Source: Gnetum montanum
Lineage: Eukaryota; Plantae; Gnetophyta
Direction: 5' to 3'
DNA length: 64,000 nucleotides
Assembly (NCBI GenBank): GCA_015680685.1
Contig: MNCI01000551.1
Coordinates: forward strand, 97,578-161,577
Made by a program: the position numbers and the translations under genes. The stretch's first letter is position 1. The number at the start of each line of letters is the position of its first letter. Under the pieces are notes generated by a model. The model did no database searches. It was given only the letters and a program-made list of their open reading frames with translations, and was not told the origin of the DNA. This document shows, piece by piece, positions 1 through 12,821 of the stretch.

Positions 1-395
1 AACAAATATGGAATAGGTTATGCACAGATTATCTTGGAAACACATAGAATCAACACACAAAAGAATTTCTCTATAAAATCCAATTCGATAAACTTAAAAT
101 TAAAAAAGAAGAGAATATTGAAGATTTCTTTACAAGAATATATGACTGCATAAAGCAAATTGATGAATTTGATTCTGGTTTCACTCAACATCAAAAGGTA
201 CAAAAGATGGTAGCAGCATTATATAATAACCATAGATATCAAAATATAATGATGAACTTCTCCAAAACAAAAACTTCAAGCAATTCACCGTAGATGATCT
301 AGTCTCACAAATCAGAACACTTGAAAGCCTTAAAACAGATAGCTTAAATAAAGATCAAGCATTTATTACCGGCAGAGGAAGAGGAAGATTCGTGC
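1..395 (+). mobile_element. Ty1/copia gag (UBN2-like) remnant inside a MYST gene intron
   Basis: Manual translation gives FDKLKIKKEENIEDFFTRIYDCIKQI...KVQKMVAAL and, after a frameshift, FTVDDLVSQIRTLE...AFITGRGRGRF. This matches the copia gag pattern. It is degenerate. Confidence 0.6.
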
Positions 396-1225
396 AATGT
401 TCACAGAATGACCAGTGATCCAGCTCTTAAATAGGCAAAGCCATGTTATAGACTCTCATCTAAAAACATCTGGAAGTTATTCTTCTAAAAGGATCTCAAG
501 AATGTAAAACATTCCAAAGAATCACTTCTAAATTAAAAATAGATGCACAGAACTATTTAGAAAGAACCCATTAACAAACAATAGCTCATTCCTTACAAAA
601 CGGTCATATTTATCAATTAAACAATAAAGCTACACACTTCAGCTTCACATTCATAACAGATTTCCAAAACTAGGTTACAGTGTTGATGAGGAGAAACAAC
701 TTAAAACACTGGTCATTAGTGTACTGCTACTTCAAACAACCCACAATGCAGCAGTGATGGCCAGTAACTTCTGCTATAAGACAAATTTTTTAATGAACTT
801 GAGATTGTCTTGATCATTTTTGATTAGGAGATCTTCCTAAATTGGCTCAAAGAAAGATGATATCAGCAACCTGTTTATTTTTGGCACAAACTCCTCATGT
901 CTCTTGTGTTCATTCAACTTCCTTAATTATTGTTTGGAATAGGAGGAATTCAAACTTTATCTTTTCACCTGCAAATAATCTCAGAATGTCTGTGAATTTG
1001 TTATTGCTGATGAGCCATAACAGCGGTACCGGAGCTTATAAAATCAAATGGTAAGTTAGATGCAGCCTATTAAGGAATGGTGTGATACAGTCAATATATC
1101 AGTTAGTGATAGAAGATTGCAATGTCACAAATTTGTGAAAGGTTGAGTTAATCAACTAACCAAAAAACATGTGCTACACTAAGTTTCACACTCTGTCAAG
1201 ACAGGCGATAAATTAGTGACAGAAC

Positions 1226-1400
1226 AAAAAAAGGATCATCATCCAAAGGCTCAACGCTCATCCCACCAAAACAAGGTCCTAGGAGGCATGGTAGATGAGT
1301 GAAAGCATAACCTCTTTTGGGTGGTTGCGCCCAAGCTCAAACCCAAGTCATACAACTTAAGAAACTAGCACATTACCATCACTCCAAGTGGCAGTTCCTT
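1226..1400 (-). mobile_element. tRNA-derived SINE, family B (Au-like, RTE-type tail)
   Basis: Minus strand shows A-box-like TGGAGTGATGG, B-box-like GGGTTTGAGC and a tail ending GATCCTTTTTTT. A 15-bp TSD flanks it: AATTAGTGACAGAAC (1211-1225) / AATTGGTGATAGAAC (1401-1415). A second copy lies at 47491-47667. Confidence 0.8.
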
Positions 1401-2812
1401 AATTGGTGATAGAACAATCACAAAAAATATAACAAATGAAAAAATGACAATCATTATTAAAAATAAGAATTACTTGACAAAGTTGAGGAAAGAAAGAATT
1501 CACTACTGGAATATAAACAAGGTAATAACAAAAGATGGTGAAATTTTACTTAAAGTGAGTGTAATTTACTTAAGAAAATTGTGGTATGAACAGTGACATA
1601 AGGTCACGAAATGAACCTCATAGAACAAGCAAAGTAAAAGATTGTCGATAGTAAATTTAACTTAGCATCAAGTGAAGGATTGACATTATTATCAAAGCCT
1701 GTAAGAACTTAAAGAACCTACAAATGATAGTCCTTTCTCATTAATTGGCCATGAGAATCTCCATGATTATTCATGGTACCTTACTTCCATGAAAACACAT
1801 CCACAAAATTTACTTCCATAGTTCAACCATGCTCTGCTATGTTTTTCCTAGGGCAAAAACATTGAGCATTAAGTTGTATGTCTTAATGATTCCATATGTA
1901 TTTACGGTGTAAGCCTAGTTATATGGTCCTATGCATAAGACATATCTTAGATATCAATCTTAGTTGCTCACATGTTTCCACAACATATTGAACATGGGTC
2001 AGTGTCCATTTGGTCTAAGCTAGTTACCATCCAACCACTGGCACTTAATCAATTTAACTTTTCACCAACACTTCGTTTCTAAAACATTTGTTTGTTGGTC
2101 ACCTGCTCAAGCTACTTCAATCTCAAGATCCTTTAATTCATTTTCCAACAATAACAATGGAGATCAAATGGTTTCTATAAAAAATAAAAATAAAATGCTT
2201 AGTAATAATATTTAATTGTTTTTATTTTTAATGCTGAATGATAATTTTTAAATGTTACTTAGTATGTTCTCCGTTCATTACTAATGAACGAGGAAATGGC
2301 TCTAATTACAAGCTTGTTTCCTTATATTTAAAAAGTTGTCAATTTCATTATACTTGACATGTCATTATGCTATTGTTTTTTATTTGCTTTGACCTTTTTT
2401 TGCACCCCTTTTCTTTAACAAGTTTCTTATTTGATTTATATTTTAAAAAATGATTTTTCTTGTCCTGAAACTAGTCATTATATATTTTAAAATTAATTTT
2501 CTTTTTTCTCAACTTCAAAATAATTTTTTCATTGCTTAAAACTAGTCATTAGCCACTACATTTTAACTAGCCATTAACTTGCAAAAGAGAAAATGCAAGC
2601 TATGGATAGTAGAATAAAAATAAAATGGTCATCAAGAATGGGAAAAAAAAGTATCCTAAAATTTAGATATCTAAAAGGAAAATGACCTACATCTTGAAAG
2701 GCTCTAGATAAACTTGCACACACAATCAAAAATAGTTCGAAATGGAAAACCGATCAAGTTAGAGAAGGGAGAAGGAAAATTCATTGTAATAATTTTGTTA
2801 ACAGTCAATTAC

Positions 2813-5800
2813 CTGGCAATACAGTTTATTTTTTAAACCATCCACCTCAAAAACAGAAAGAATTTGTATCGCATAACCCTTTCCTGAACAGCCCTCCACA
2901 TGTTCTGTGCAATTATCCTTTCTCACAGATGTGACTGAAGATGGCTCATTTACAAAGGTCCTGTAAATTTCATTGCCAGGAGGATGTCGGTAATTACATT
3001 TCATCTGCGACCAAGAAATCCAAAAACTTTGTCAAAACTCTTTAAAAGCTAAAGTTGATTCAAAGGTAATTAACCCACGATAAAAGCAGAAAACAAATAT
3101 ACCATGTGACGATGATATGAGACTCCGCACTCAGTGTGTTTTAAGCAAAATTCACAAATATATAATTTCTCAATGTTTCCATATTCTTCAGGGTAGGGTG
3201 AATAGTACCTACGCATGAAAGAGATAGGAGGATATCAAATAAATCAATAGAATTACACATATCTTTTGTAATATTTATAACAGATGAATAAAAATGAACC
3301 AATTTTGTATAATCCTCCATACATGAAAGACAATTTCTGCATTTGCCACTCAGATGAAAAGAAGTACTTAGCCGTACTTCTTATGGCATTTTTAATGCTT
3401 GTGAAATGGCTTTGATGGTTATAAATCTATCTATTAATTGGGCATTTTCCTACCTATCCTAGACTAACATATTTCAGTTAGTTCTTAGATAAGTTAACTA
3501 GTTAAGTAATATGAAGAAGATCAATACTTGCCACACATCAATTTCTAGTGCATAACCAAAATAACTGAAAGGTGTGCCACTAAAAAATTCATTTTTGATT
3601 TTGCAATTAAATTCCTAATGGATTTTTAAAAACAACAAACACATATTCTTGATCTAATATAAAACTAAAACTCTACTGTAAACATGGCAGTTGCACACTG
3701 ATATGGTTTCTTTAAAAAGCTCTCTTCCACGATAAGTGTGACAAATGGATCTTGTGGACTTTGTAGAAAGACCATATTTTAGCTTTCACAATGTTGATCT
3801 TATGAGGATGAGAGAGTATGCATGTTCCTTGGACTGTGTTATGCTTTTACTTCATTCATTTATCCGCATAAAAGCTTCAAATGAACCAATATGAAGCTTA
3901 AAGTTTTGATGCAATGCTTCAAGTGATAGCTTTTATATTTTGCTGGACTTAATACTCAGCCTTTAATATATTTCAGCTTGTAGTCCATGTCCTAGAATAA
4001 AATATGCTGAAATCAATCCCAGCTTCTCAAAAACCATCTATCCATGTCTGTGCATGATAGGTTGTGACTTGGGGGTTAGCACAATGGTGCTTAAGAGTTA
4101 CAATTTCTCTCATTATCTCCTTATTGAGACAGGTCATTGGATCAATTTACCGACAGAAAGGCATATTTGCAAACTATGAAAACAAAGCATAGAAGATGAA
4201 GAACATATCTTTTTATTTTGCCCATCTTTGGGTCACATTTCAATGAATTATAATATTAATTGTAATCTGCTAATTGTTTTCTTTCAAATTGATCCAATCT
4301 ACTTGGGGCATTACATCAATGATGTTTTCAACTTTCTTCAAAAATATGTTGAGGCTTTGTAACCATCCAACAAATCCTTTATGATTTTCTGGACATAATA
4401 AAAATTTCCAGTTTCCAGATATTTCTTCTTCTAAAAATATTCAATGTTCTGATGTTGTTATCACAACAAAATCTATATATTGAAATCAATGATTTTTTCC
4501 AAGGCGATCAATTGCAGTTTTGGCAATTAAGTGCCAACTCACTTTTTAGACTCATCTAAGTAACTCAAGCAATTTGGACAATTTAGAGACGACTGATTGC
4601 CAAAACTTAAAAATAATGTGAGAAAACATCAATTTAACAGATTTTTCACAAGACAAGTAAACAAAGTTACGTAAAAAATAATTGATATAATGAAAATATT
4701 TTTAAAATAATAGAATTGAACATAAAATATATGCCAACTTTTTAAGATGAGTAATCCAAGTCCCCGAGTTTTTCCAAGTCATTTTTCAAACCAAGTCGAG
4801 ATTTTTGCCGAGTATTTAATCATTGATTGAAATATTTCACAACAGGCTAATATTTTAAAACAGAAATCAACTTTACTTTTTATCTTGAACAGGTAAAAAG
4901 AATATTTTGTTAATAAAATTTGATTTGCACCCCACAATGCGAAATCGTCATTTTCTTTGATGTCTTGTTCAATGTCTTCTTTTCTTAAAAAGAGTATGTT
5001 GTTTCTATTGTTTGCTTAAGATAGTTATTAGAAATTTTATTTTGTTGAGTAGCTGAATGAAAACTTTTAAAACTTACTACTAATTTAAAACCATTTACAT
5101 GAAACTTCACTTTCAAAAAATATTTTGCATCTATTTACAGAATCACACGTTAACCAGTAATTGTACCATTTGAGCTAGTGAAGAATAATTTATAGATTAA
5201 TAAACATCAATGGCATTCATTCAGCCAAAGTTGTGATTAGCATATCCTCGAGTCTGTTTTTATGCAACTTGTTCATGGTTATCACATTTTTTCTCCAGAG
5301 TATAGATTACACTGGACTTGCTCCTCTCTAACAATATAATCAAACCCCAAAACTTCCCCTCCCAAAGAGCATATCAATAAAATTTATCCTACCATAAACT
5401 GCATTTACAATAAGGCTTTCAAATATGAAACGCTGAAATACTCAAAGAAATGTAAGTTCATTACACACCACGTATGAATTTCATATCTTCCAAATTCTAT
5501 AACCTGCAAAAGGAAATGCTCTCGTTATTTCAGCCAAAGAAATGGATAGAATTTTATTAATGAAAAATGGCATTTGAAATACAACCAAAATTGCTTTAGG
5601 ATCTCAGAGATCCTGCAAGATACAAGATCAATGTTCCATTGCATGAGCTTTTAAAAATAATGGCAACCATAATACCCCAACTAAAGCAATCATCTCAAAG
5701 TACCAATCAATTACTAACCTTGGAAATAAAAACTTAATATAGTAAACTTCTAAAAATTGGACAGTCAAATACACCTTTATTTTCACCTCCTCTTTTCATC

Positions 5801-8800
5801 TTTTTACTGCCAGCTACCTTTCTCTGTTTGGATCGCTTTCTGTCCCCTCAAAAGTATGGTTTTTTTTTTAATCTCTAAACTTGAAAAATCACATATGCTA
5901 GCAAAGCACTCCAAATCTTATTAGTACATCATGTTCCCCTGATCCATGTCCAAGCTGCTACCAAATTATGTAAAGATTTTAGTATCATAATATGTTAATT
6001 TTTGGCCACCCTTTCTTAAACTCTTAGGTCCATACTCACTGGCTCACAAATCAAATCTAATAGCACCAAAATATTAGTTATCCAAACTCCTTAGCATCCA
6101 ACCACATAGCACATTTATAGGCTCAATTTGTAGGTCCTGTTCAATTAACTCATTTGTGTGCAAGTTTTACTTTAATTATTTTAACAAGAAGATTTTGATC
6201 CTTCCGTTAAAAAATGCCTTTTTAAACTTCATTAACAATAGTCACGCCATTTGTGGTTAACTGGTATTTTTATATTTTTCTTGGGTAGTAGTACTATGCC
6301 ATCCTTAATCATATTGCATAATAGTTTTCCCATTGATTGGAATATGCTAAGTGACCAAATCCTTAATGTAGTAAAACTCTTATACGGAGCATGTAGATTG
6401 GAAACAAACGTAACGTTTTTATACATGCATCTTTTCTTCATCACTCACCGCATGACTTTGTAGTAGAGTGTAAGAGCCAAACAAGCTTCATTAATTAAGC
6501 ACTATTAAAATAGGCAGGTCTTTAGAACCCATTCACTTTATCTTCAGTTCCCATCTGGTAGTATGAAGTGTTCTTTTTACCTCCAAAGACAAAAAGGAGG
6601 TTCTTTCCAGTTTATTAACCAAATAAAATAAATGGAATTTCTTTTTCTTTGGAGAATGATAGGAAATATGTTTTCTTATGGAAAATCATCTACTACAAAG
6701 TCTCAATGCTCATCCTGCCAAGCAAAGTCCCAAGAGCACCAGTAGCTAAATGAAAGCCTAACTTTTTTTTTATCATATGGACATCCCTGCATCTATTGTG
6801 GCTGAGTCACCAAAAAGGTAATTCCATTTATAGAAAAACAAACAAAATAACAAATAAACTACCATCTACATTCTTCTTCTACAAATATAACTAAACAACA
6901 TTGTTCTGGATATAATTCCTCTAAAATATTGAACATCCCTCCAAAGAGCCAAAGTAGCAACCCACACTGATGTTAGACTCTATGACCTCTATCATAAAAC
7001 TCTAAAATTATGTTCTTACCTAACCTCTTTTTGAATAGCTGCACCCAACTTTAACATCACTGATTATGTAGTCCAAACCACACTCATAGCCTTCCCTTCC
7101 CTATCCTAGGTGTTAAATACCAACAAGCCAATTGTAAAATCCACATACACTCAACATCATAAGAACTACAAGTCACAACAAAAGAATTTGAACCTGGATA
7201 TATATATAATATTTTTGGCTGAGAGGCTAATTACCAGCCCCATCCAAAGAATCCTCCTTGGTCATGATAAAATAATTTTATTGTCATAATGATGAGGGTA
7301 AGCTTTCTTGGTCAAGGTTTTTTCCACTCATCCAAATAGCTACCAGGACTTTGTCATGGTAAATAAATAATCATCATCATAACACTAGGTTAAGAGATGA
7401 AATTCTTTTATGGGAATTATTATTTTGGCTGAGAGTTTTGTTGAGAGACCAACTATTTTGTTACTTGCACTTTATTCTTGGAAATAAATAATTTTTATCA
7501 TAAAGTTGGGTGAAGAGATGAACTTTTTCATGATAATTGTATACTGATTTTTATTTTTATTTTCAATGTGAAAATCAATTCTCAGTAAATCAATTTGAGA
7601 TTTTATTAATTTGAAAAACATAAAAGATTCTCTGTGCCAAATAATAGATATAATCATAAATATATAGTTAAGCTAGTTTTATTCAAAAACATGAAAAAAT
7701 TCAATGATGTGATAGGAAAATGTTAAATTGATAGACTTACAAAAAATGTTCATGTGTTTAAACTATAAACTATCACAAAGACATAAGAGTATTGAAAGTA
7801 TACATAAAATGAGGGCTTGTCCAAACTGGAACTTTGACTATATGTACCTCCAAGTCATATAGCCAACACAATAGCCTTATTATGATTTTAGTAAAACATA
7901 GGTAATAATGTAATGATGCCTTAAACAAAACTTAAACTTACAACTTATTACATACAAAGTAACAAGTGCAAACAAAATGGCAATGGTAAATAAGGTAAAG
8001 AAATTAATTCTTCAACTATGAGACATAGCCCCAACACTAGATATTAGGCTTGACTCAACCAAAGGTCTGGGGAAATAATATCAGAAGATACAATCTTAAA
8101 GAATGTTCTTGATTTGAATAAAATCGAAAAATGAGCATGGTCAGTATTTTTCAAGGCTTTAAATACATGATGTTCTTGCCTAGCAATATCCAAACAAGTA
8201 GCAACTGCAGTGCTGAACGTTGTGATGTAACTGAGAAAAACATCACATAAAAGCAATTAATCAAATTGTTATATAGCCCTGTTGTGAAATTAATAGAAAA
8301 GCATAATTTGATTTATCATGTGTTCACATATTTGAAATTATTTGGTCCATGTTGACAAACTGCATGTCTGAATGTCTCACCAGTCTTTTTCATGATCAGA
8401 ACAGACTTGCAAGTTTTGAATATTTGTTCTTAAACACCGAAGCCCATAATCTCCAAACACCAAAGACAAAAACCTGTATGTAGGAGCATGGTAAATGTAT
8501 TTGCTATAACCCTAACTTCTTGCTCTTTTCTGTTCTTCATCACCTTCTTCTTCTGTGTATTTTCTATAAAATGACCAACTCAAAGAAAAAAGCAAAAAGA
8601 GAAAAAAGAAACAAAGAAATTGTAGTTCCTCAGACAACAAATGTAAGTATTTTGAGGTCATCAAAGATTGAGAACTGAGTTGCCAGAAACACAATGTCAA
8701 CGGTAGGTCAAGGGTTTTCTGCCTTCCAATGTAATGTTATATGATTTGGTGCCCCTTGCAATGAATATTACCTTGAATTTTCAAAGATTTGCCAGACTCT

Positions 8801-10331
8801 TGACCCAATTATAAAGTGAAATATAAAATGCAACACATATATGATCACAGATATTTTTAGCATTGACTTGCCAAAACTCTATGGTTTTGAAGTTTACAGG
8901 TCAAACCAGTTTTTTTAACCTTCAGAAGCAAGATGAGTAATAGAGCTGCCAAATGCAAATACAATATTTGTTAAATAAATCTATTAATATAATTTTTGCA
9001 TGGTTTGTTAACACCCATTAATTTGATTTCTTCATTTTATTTGAAAGAACCATTTCATGCTTTTGGTAAATGCGTTATGCTGCAATAGTTTTGAATGTGT
9101 GAAAGTTCAGTTCACTGCATCATGCGAGATAAAAACCATCATGTGATTTTAGAGCATACGATGAACTTGAAATAGCTCTTGAAATGGTTTTTTACATCTA
9201 TACTGTTGCAAAGGAAAAAAAATCAGTTTCAGTTTTCCATTTATTTCTTTTGCATAATTACCATACAATTATACATCAGTAAATCCTGCTGCAGTTCACG
9301 AACAAGCTACACTTAGCTGAAAATAGGAACTGAGGTTGAATACATGGTATGGACTAATGTGGACAAAAATATTCAAAAGTTTCAAGGCTACGAAGTAAAA
9401 TGGTTTAAGTTACAAGGTAAATTAATTCTTGAAAAATAATAATAAACCTTATTCAGGCAAAGGCAGACCAGAAGAAATAATGAGTAAAATGTTGAAAAAA
9501 GCATATAGTTGAACCTGGATATTTTTTGATTTTGACTTATCATCGTTCTCTTTCTGGAATGCTTGGTCTATTCGTGCAAGATCCTCCCCTACCTGTGAAA
9601 ATATCATACAAGGAATATCAGCAATAGAACAAAAATAGCAAATCGCGTACAGATGATAAAAAAAGTTTCGAACAGAAAAACAAGCGCAGGTCATATTGTT
9701 CATATAGTGTAATGTGATGCCCAACTAGCATCAATTCAAATGAGGAAACGGATGTGTAGGCTAGCAATTATGTATGTCCGACATCAACTCAGCTCGTAAA
9801 TTTATATGAGCTCAGCTCGTAAATTTCAATCGTGTGTGAACTAAAAATCCACTGATATGTATAGAACAATATTACGACCTGCACCATCCTTGGACTGTAT
9901 AAAACTAATTTGCCCGTGTAAACGAGTATAAAAAAAAAATTTAACAACGGTTAGAAGCACCAAAATTAAAGAATCTTAAAGGAAAGTACACAGGCAACAT
10001 CCAAAAGAATAGCACAACGCGAGGGTGAACCGTAATGTATAAACAATAAAATGTGTTTTGTTTCTGAAGTAAAAAACATATATTCTCGGAAACTAATGCA
10101 TGTACATTTACACCACGGACTATATACGCAATTAAAAATAGTAATTATATAATCGCGATATGAAATCTAAGAAAACCATTTGATTTCGTAGTGTGTGTCT
10201 GGTTGTGTCCTGTATCCTGGCGAGCACTGGGACCTGCTGCTGCAACAAATCTTCGTTTGCTTGTTTCCGGTTACCTGTTTTATTTTCCCGCTCTCTCTTT
10301 TATGCAAAATTCCTCGAGCCACGATGTTCAT
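2813..10331 (-). CDS. MYST-family histone acetyltransferase, 5' part. Exons: 10275-10331 (tentative first exon), 9515-9592, 5469-5503, 3103-3208, 2813-3004. Continues beyond the left window edge.
   Basis: GT-AG-bounded exons splice in frame to ...VGEDLARIDQAFQKENDDKSKSKNIQ|VIEFGRYEIHTW|YYSPYPEEYGNIEKLYICEFCLKHTECGVSYHRHM|MKCNYRHPPGNEIYR...LSVFEVDGLKNKLYCQ. This is the MYST C2HC zinc finger plus the HPPGxEIYR/FEVDG motifs. The first exon (MNIVARGILHKRESGKIKQ, CAG|GTAACC donor, phase 0) is inferred. Confidence 0.9.
4487..4825. mobile_element. Non-autonomous hAT-type MITE in a MYST intron
   Basis: Terminal inverted repeat CAATGATT...AATCATTG, flanked by a perfect 8-bp TSD ATTGAAAT (4479-4486 and 4826-4833). 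Subterminal CCGAG/CCAAG repeats. Confidence 0.8.
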
Positions 10332-11638
10332 TCTTTCAAATAAACTTTACAGAAGGGCATTCGCAGATAAACTGGCTTGATTGCTAGGTAACGACTCACT
10401 TTCGATAACCGGTGCATTCCATACAAGCATCTAGCTTTTCTACGCAAGGATTGGGCTAACGTCTTTTTGGGTTGATAAGGTATTTAGAATTCTTTCATTT
10501 TTTCGAAAGGTCAGGAAATTCAAAGACTCCTTATAGTTTTTTGGTTATTAATTAAACTAATTAAAAATAACAAAAAATAATTAATTAATCTAATAAGCAA
10601 GAAAGTAAATTCTATGCTAGCTTAGGCAATGAGTATTCATTCCCAACTTATCATACATATCTTTAACTCATGTACCCATTGCTAGGATTATTAAGTGTTT
10701 TGCTATTGGTTGTCCCAAACATTAACATTGCTAAAATTACAAAGTGATTACGTGTTTACACACAAAGTTGGTCACATTTATTCCACTGTGATTAACATGC
10801 ATGAAAATATAAATTATTAAGTTAAATTGCAGTGAAGGTAAATACAATAAATTAAATATCTTCTAAGAGTATTGCAATGGTATACAATTAATCTCAATCT
10901 TTATTATCACTTGTGAAACATGTTCAAGTATATCCCACTTGAATAAGACTTTGGACAATTGACTTATAACCACATTGTGAGCACTCATTAATTGCTATTA
11001 AGAATCAAGAAATAAAAACTACAAGAGTCTAGCTACTTGCTGCATTTACAATGTCATAAATGCAATAAATAGGTGGTATATATAGATATTTATTATAATT
11101 TCAACTTTGCATCATGTGATGTGACATCACAACCAACTACAAAAGTGTTCATCAATTTTCCATAAGAGTTGAACTTATAACTCAAGGTTTTTCGTGTTAA
11201 GAGTCTTACCATTGTCATCTTAGCCTTGTCCCAACAAAATAGAGTTGACTAGTTAAGAGTCTCACCATCAAGCTAAATGAAAGATGTAAATATTAGATTA
11301 CATTGAAGCCTACCAAAATGAAAGCAAAATACATACATCAAATAAACAAATATAGTAAATATAAAAAGTTGCAAATAGATTAAAATTTAACTCAAATAGT
11401 AAAAGTGAACTCACATAGTTGACCTTGCATTTTTTAAACAATGCTAGGATAATGTTAATGTTAATTTAAAGTACAGTATTTTGGAATAGTATGTTGAAAA
11501 CATAATGTAATATAAAAAATTATGTAATGTAACTTTAAAGTACTTGAAACAACCAAAACTAATCTATTCTACATTCTTAAATTTGAAGCAATAGGTTTTT
11601 CAAAGGTTTTTAGTCTTGTATTTAGTAATATGCATTAA

Positions 11639-12455
11639 TGATGAACTGTGATATCGCGTCCACGATATCGCATCCGGGATATGGAATCGACCATGCGATG
11701 TCGGATACCCGATATCGCGGCCTGCCTCCTTGCCTATAAATAAGAGGCGGCACCCTTGGTTTCAACAATTAGAAGTTAGTCCCTTAGCCAAACTCTTGGC
11801 ATTTTTTCCCTCTAGAGTGAGAATTTTTTTTGCGTGCCCACAGTAGGAGTCATAGAGTGAATGGATCTTTATACGAGCATTGTGTACCTGAACACACTAT
11901 GTGTATGACAATAAAGATGAACTTTATGATAAACCTTGCAGCATACAGAATAGATTAATTAGTGTTAATTATTATTTAATGTTTTCCTAGTTAATTAATG
12001 ATCTCTCTCACCTTACAACTCTCTTAGTTATATACACTCAATACGACCGCTTCGAGCATACGTGTAGCGCTTGGTAACCTAGTAACGATTAGCGTTTGGT
12101 AATCCCAGCAGCATTGCACTAGTTCAGGATGTGTACAAAAAGTGGGAACGGATACTGGTGTTAGGAGTACTTAGAACTTATTAATGAATAGTTAAATTAG
12201 GTTAGTTAGTTATTTCTCTCTCCCCTCCTTATTAGTGCAAGATATAAAACACATAAAAGCCATAAAAATCATATGGCTAGAGCTTACTTAACCATACAAC
12301 CAAGACATACAAATAAGTTTGGAAAGACAATGATTAATCAACTCGTTATTGTTCTATGAAGGCGCATTGACACTTAGTCCTTGGAATTCGACCAAATCGT
12401 GCGTGAAATGCTCGTATTCGTATGGTTGAGCGTAGGGGTACCTCGCCACTCATCA
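11639..12455 (+). mobile_element. Solo LTR, Athila-type gypsy family
   Basis: TGATGA...TCATCA termini, 5-bp TSD ATTAA on both sides, TATA box CTATAAATAAGAGG, and homology to the LTRs of the adjacent element. Confidence 0.92.
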
Positions 12456-12821
12456 ATTAACTTTAATGATCTTCATAACTTGCTTTGATTCATTTATGTC
12501 TTCTAACTTATTTCTTATATCATTTTGAAATTTTCTTGTAATTTAATCAAAATGTTGTTACTTTTTTTATTTTTTTTATGCATTTAAATAACTGTCATCG
12601 AATACTTCGTATATTATATGAAATGATAAGTATTCTCCGATTTATAACTTTGAAGCACTATCCATGGGAGATGAATTAAAAATGAGCTTTTAATTACACA
12701 AATAAACAAAAACTCTAGTATATGGATTTTCATTATAGTATATATATTTGTACTTCTACTAATTATCTTGGAACTTTGCTTAGCAAGATGAGCATTGAGG
12801 CTTTGAGTTATGATTCATTTT

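Noticed and set aside
2272-2290. Perfect 9-bp inverted repeat CGTTCATTA-C-TAATGAACG (a similar one lies at 37851-37884)
   Set aside because: Isolated, short and without TSD or copies, so no element could be assigned.
7800-9000. Possible decayed DNA-transposase fragments in the MYST intron
   Set aside because: No motif could be read with confidence; a profile search is needed.
12380-12455. TGATGAG and GAAAC motifs in the LTRs suggesting a hammerhead ribozyme (retrozyme)
   Set aside because: The CUGAUGA-stem II-GAAA order and the required helices are not present on either strand. TGATGA is the LTR terminal inverted repeat.
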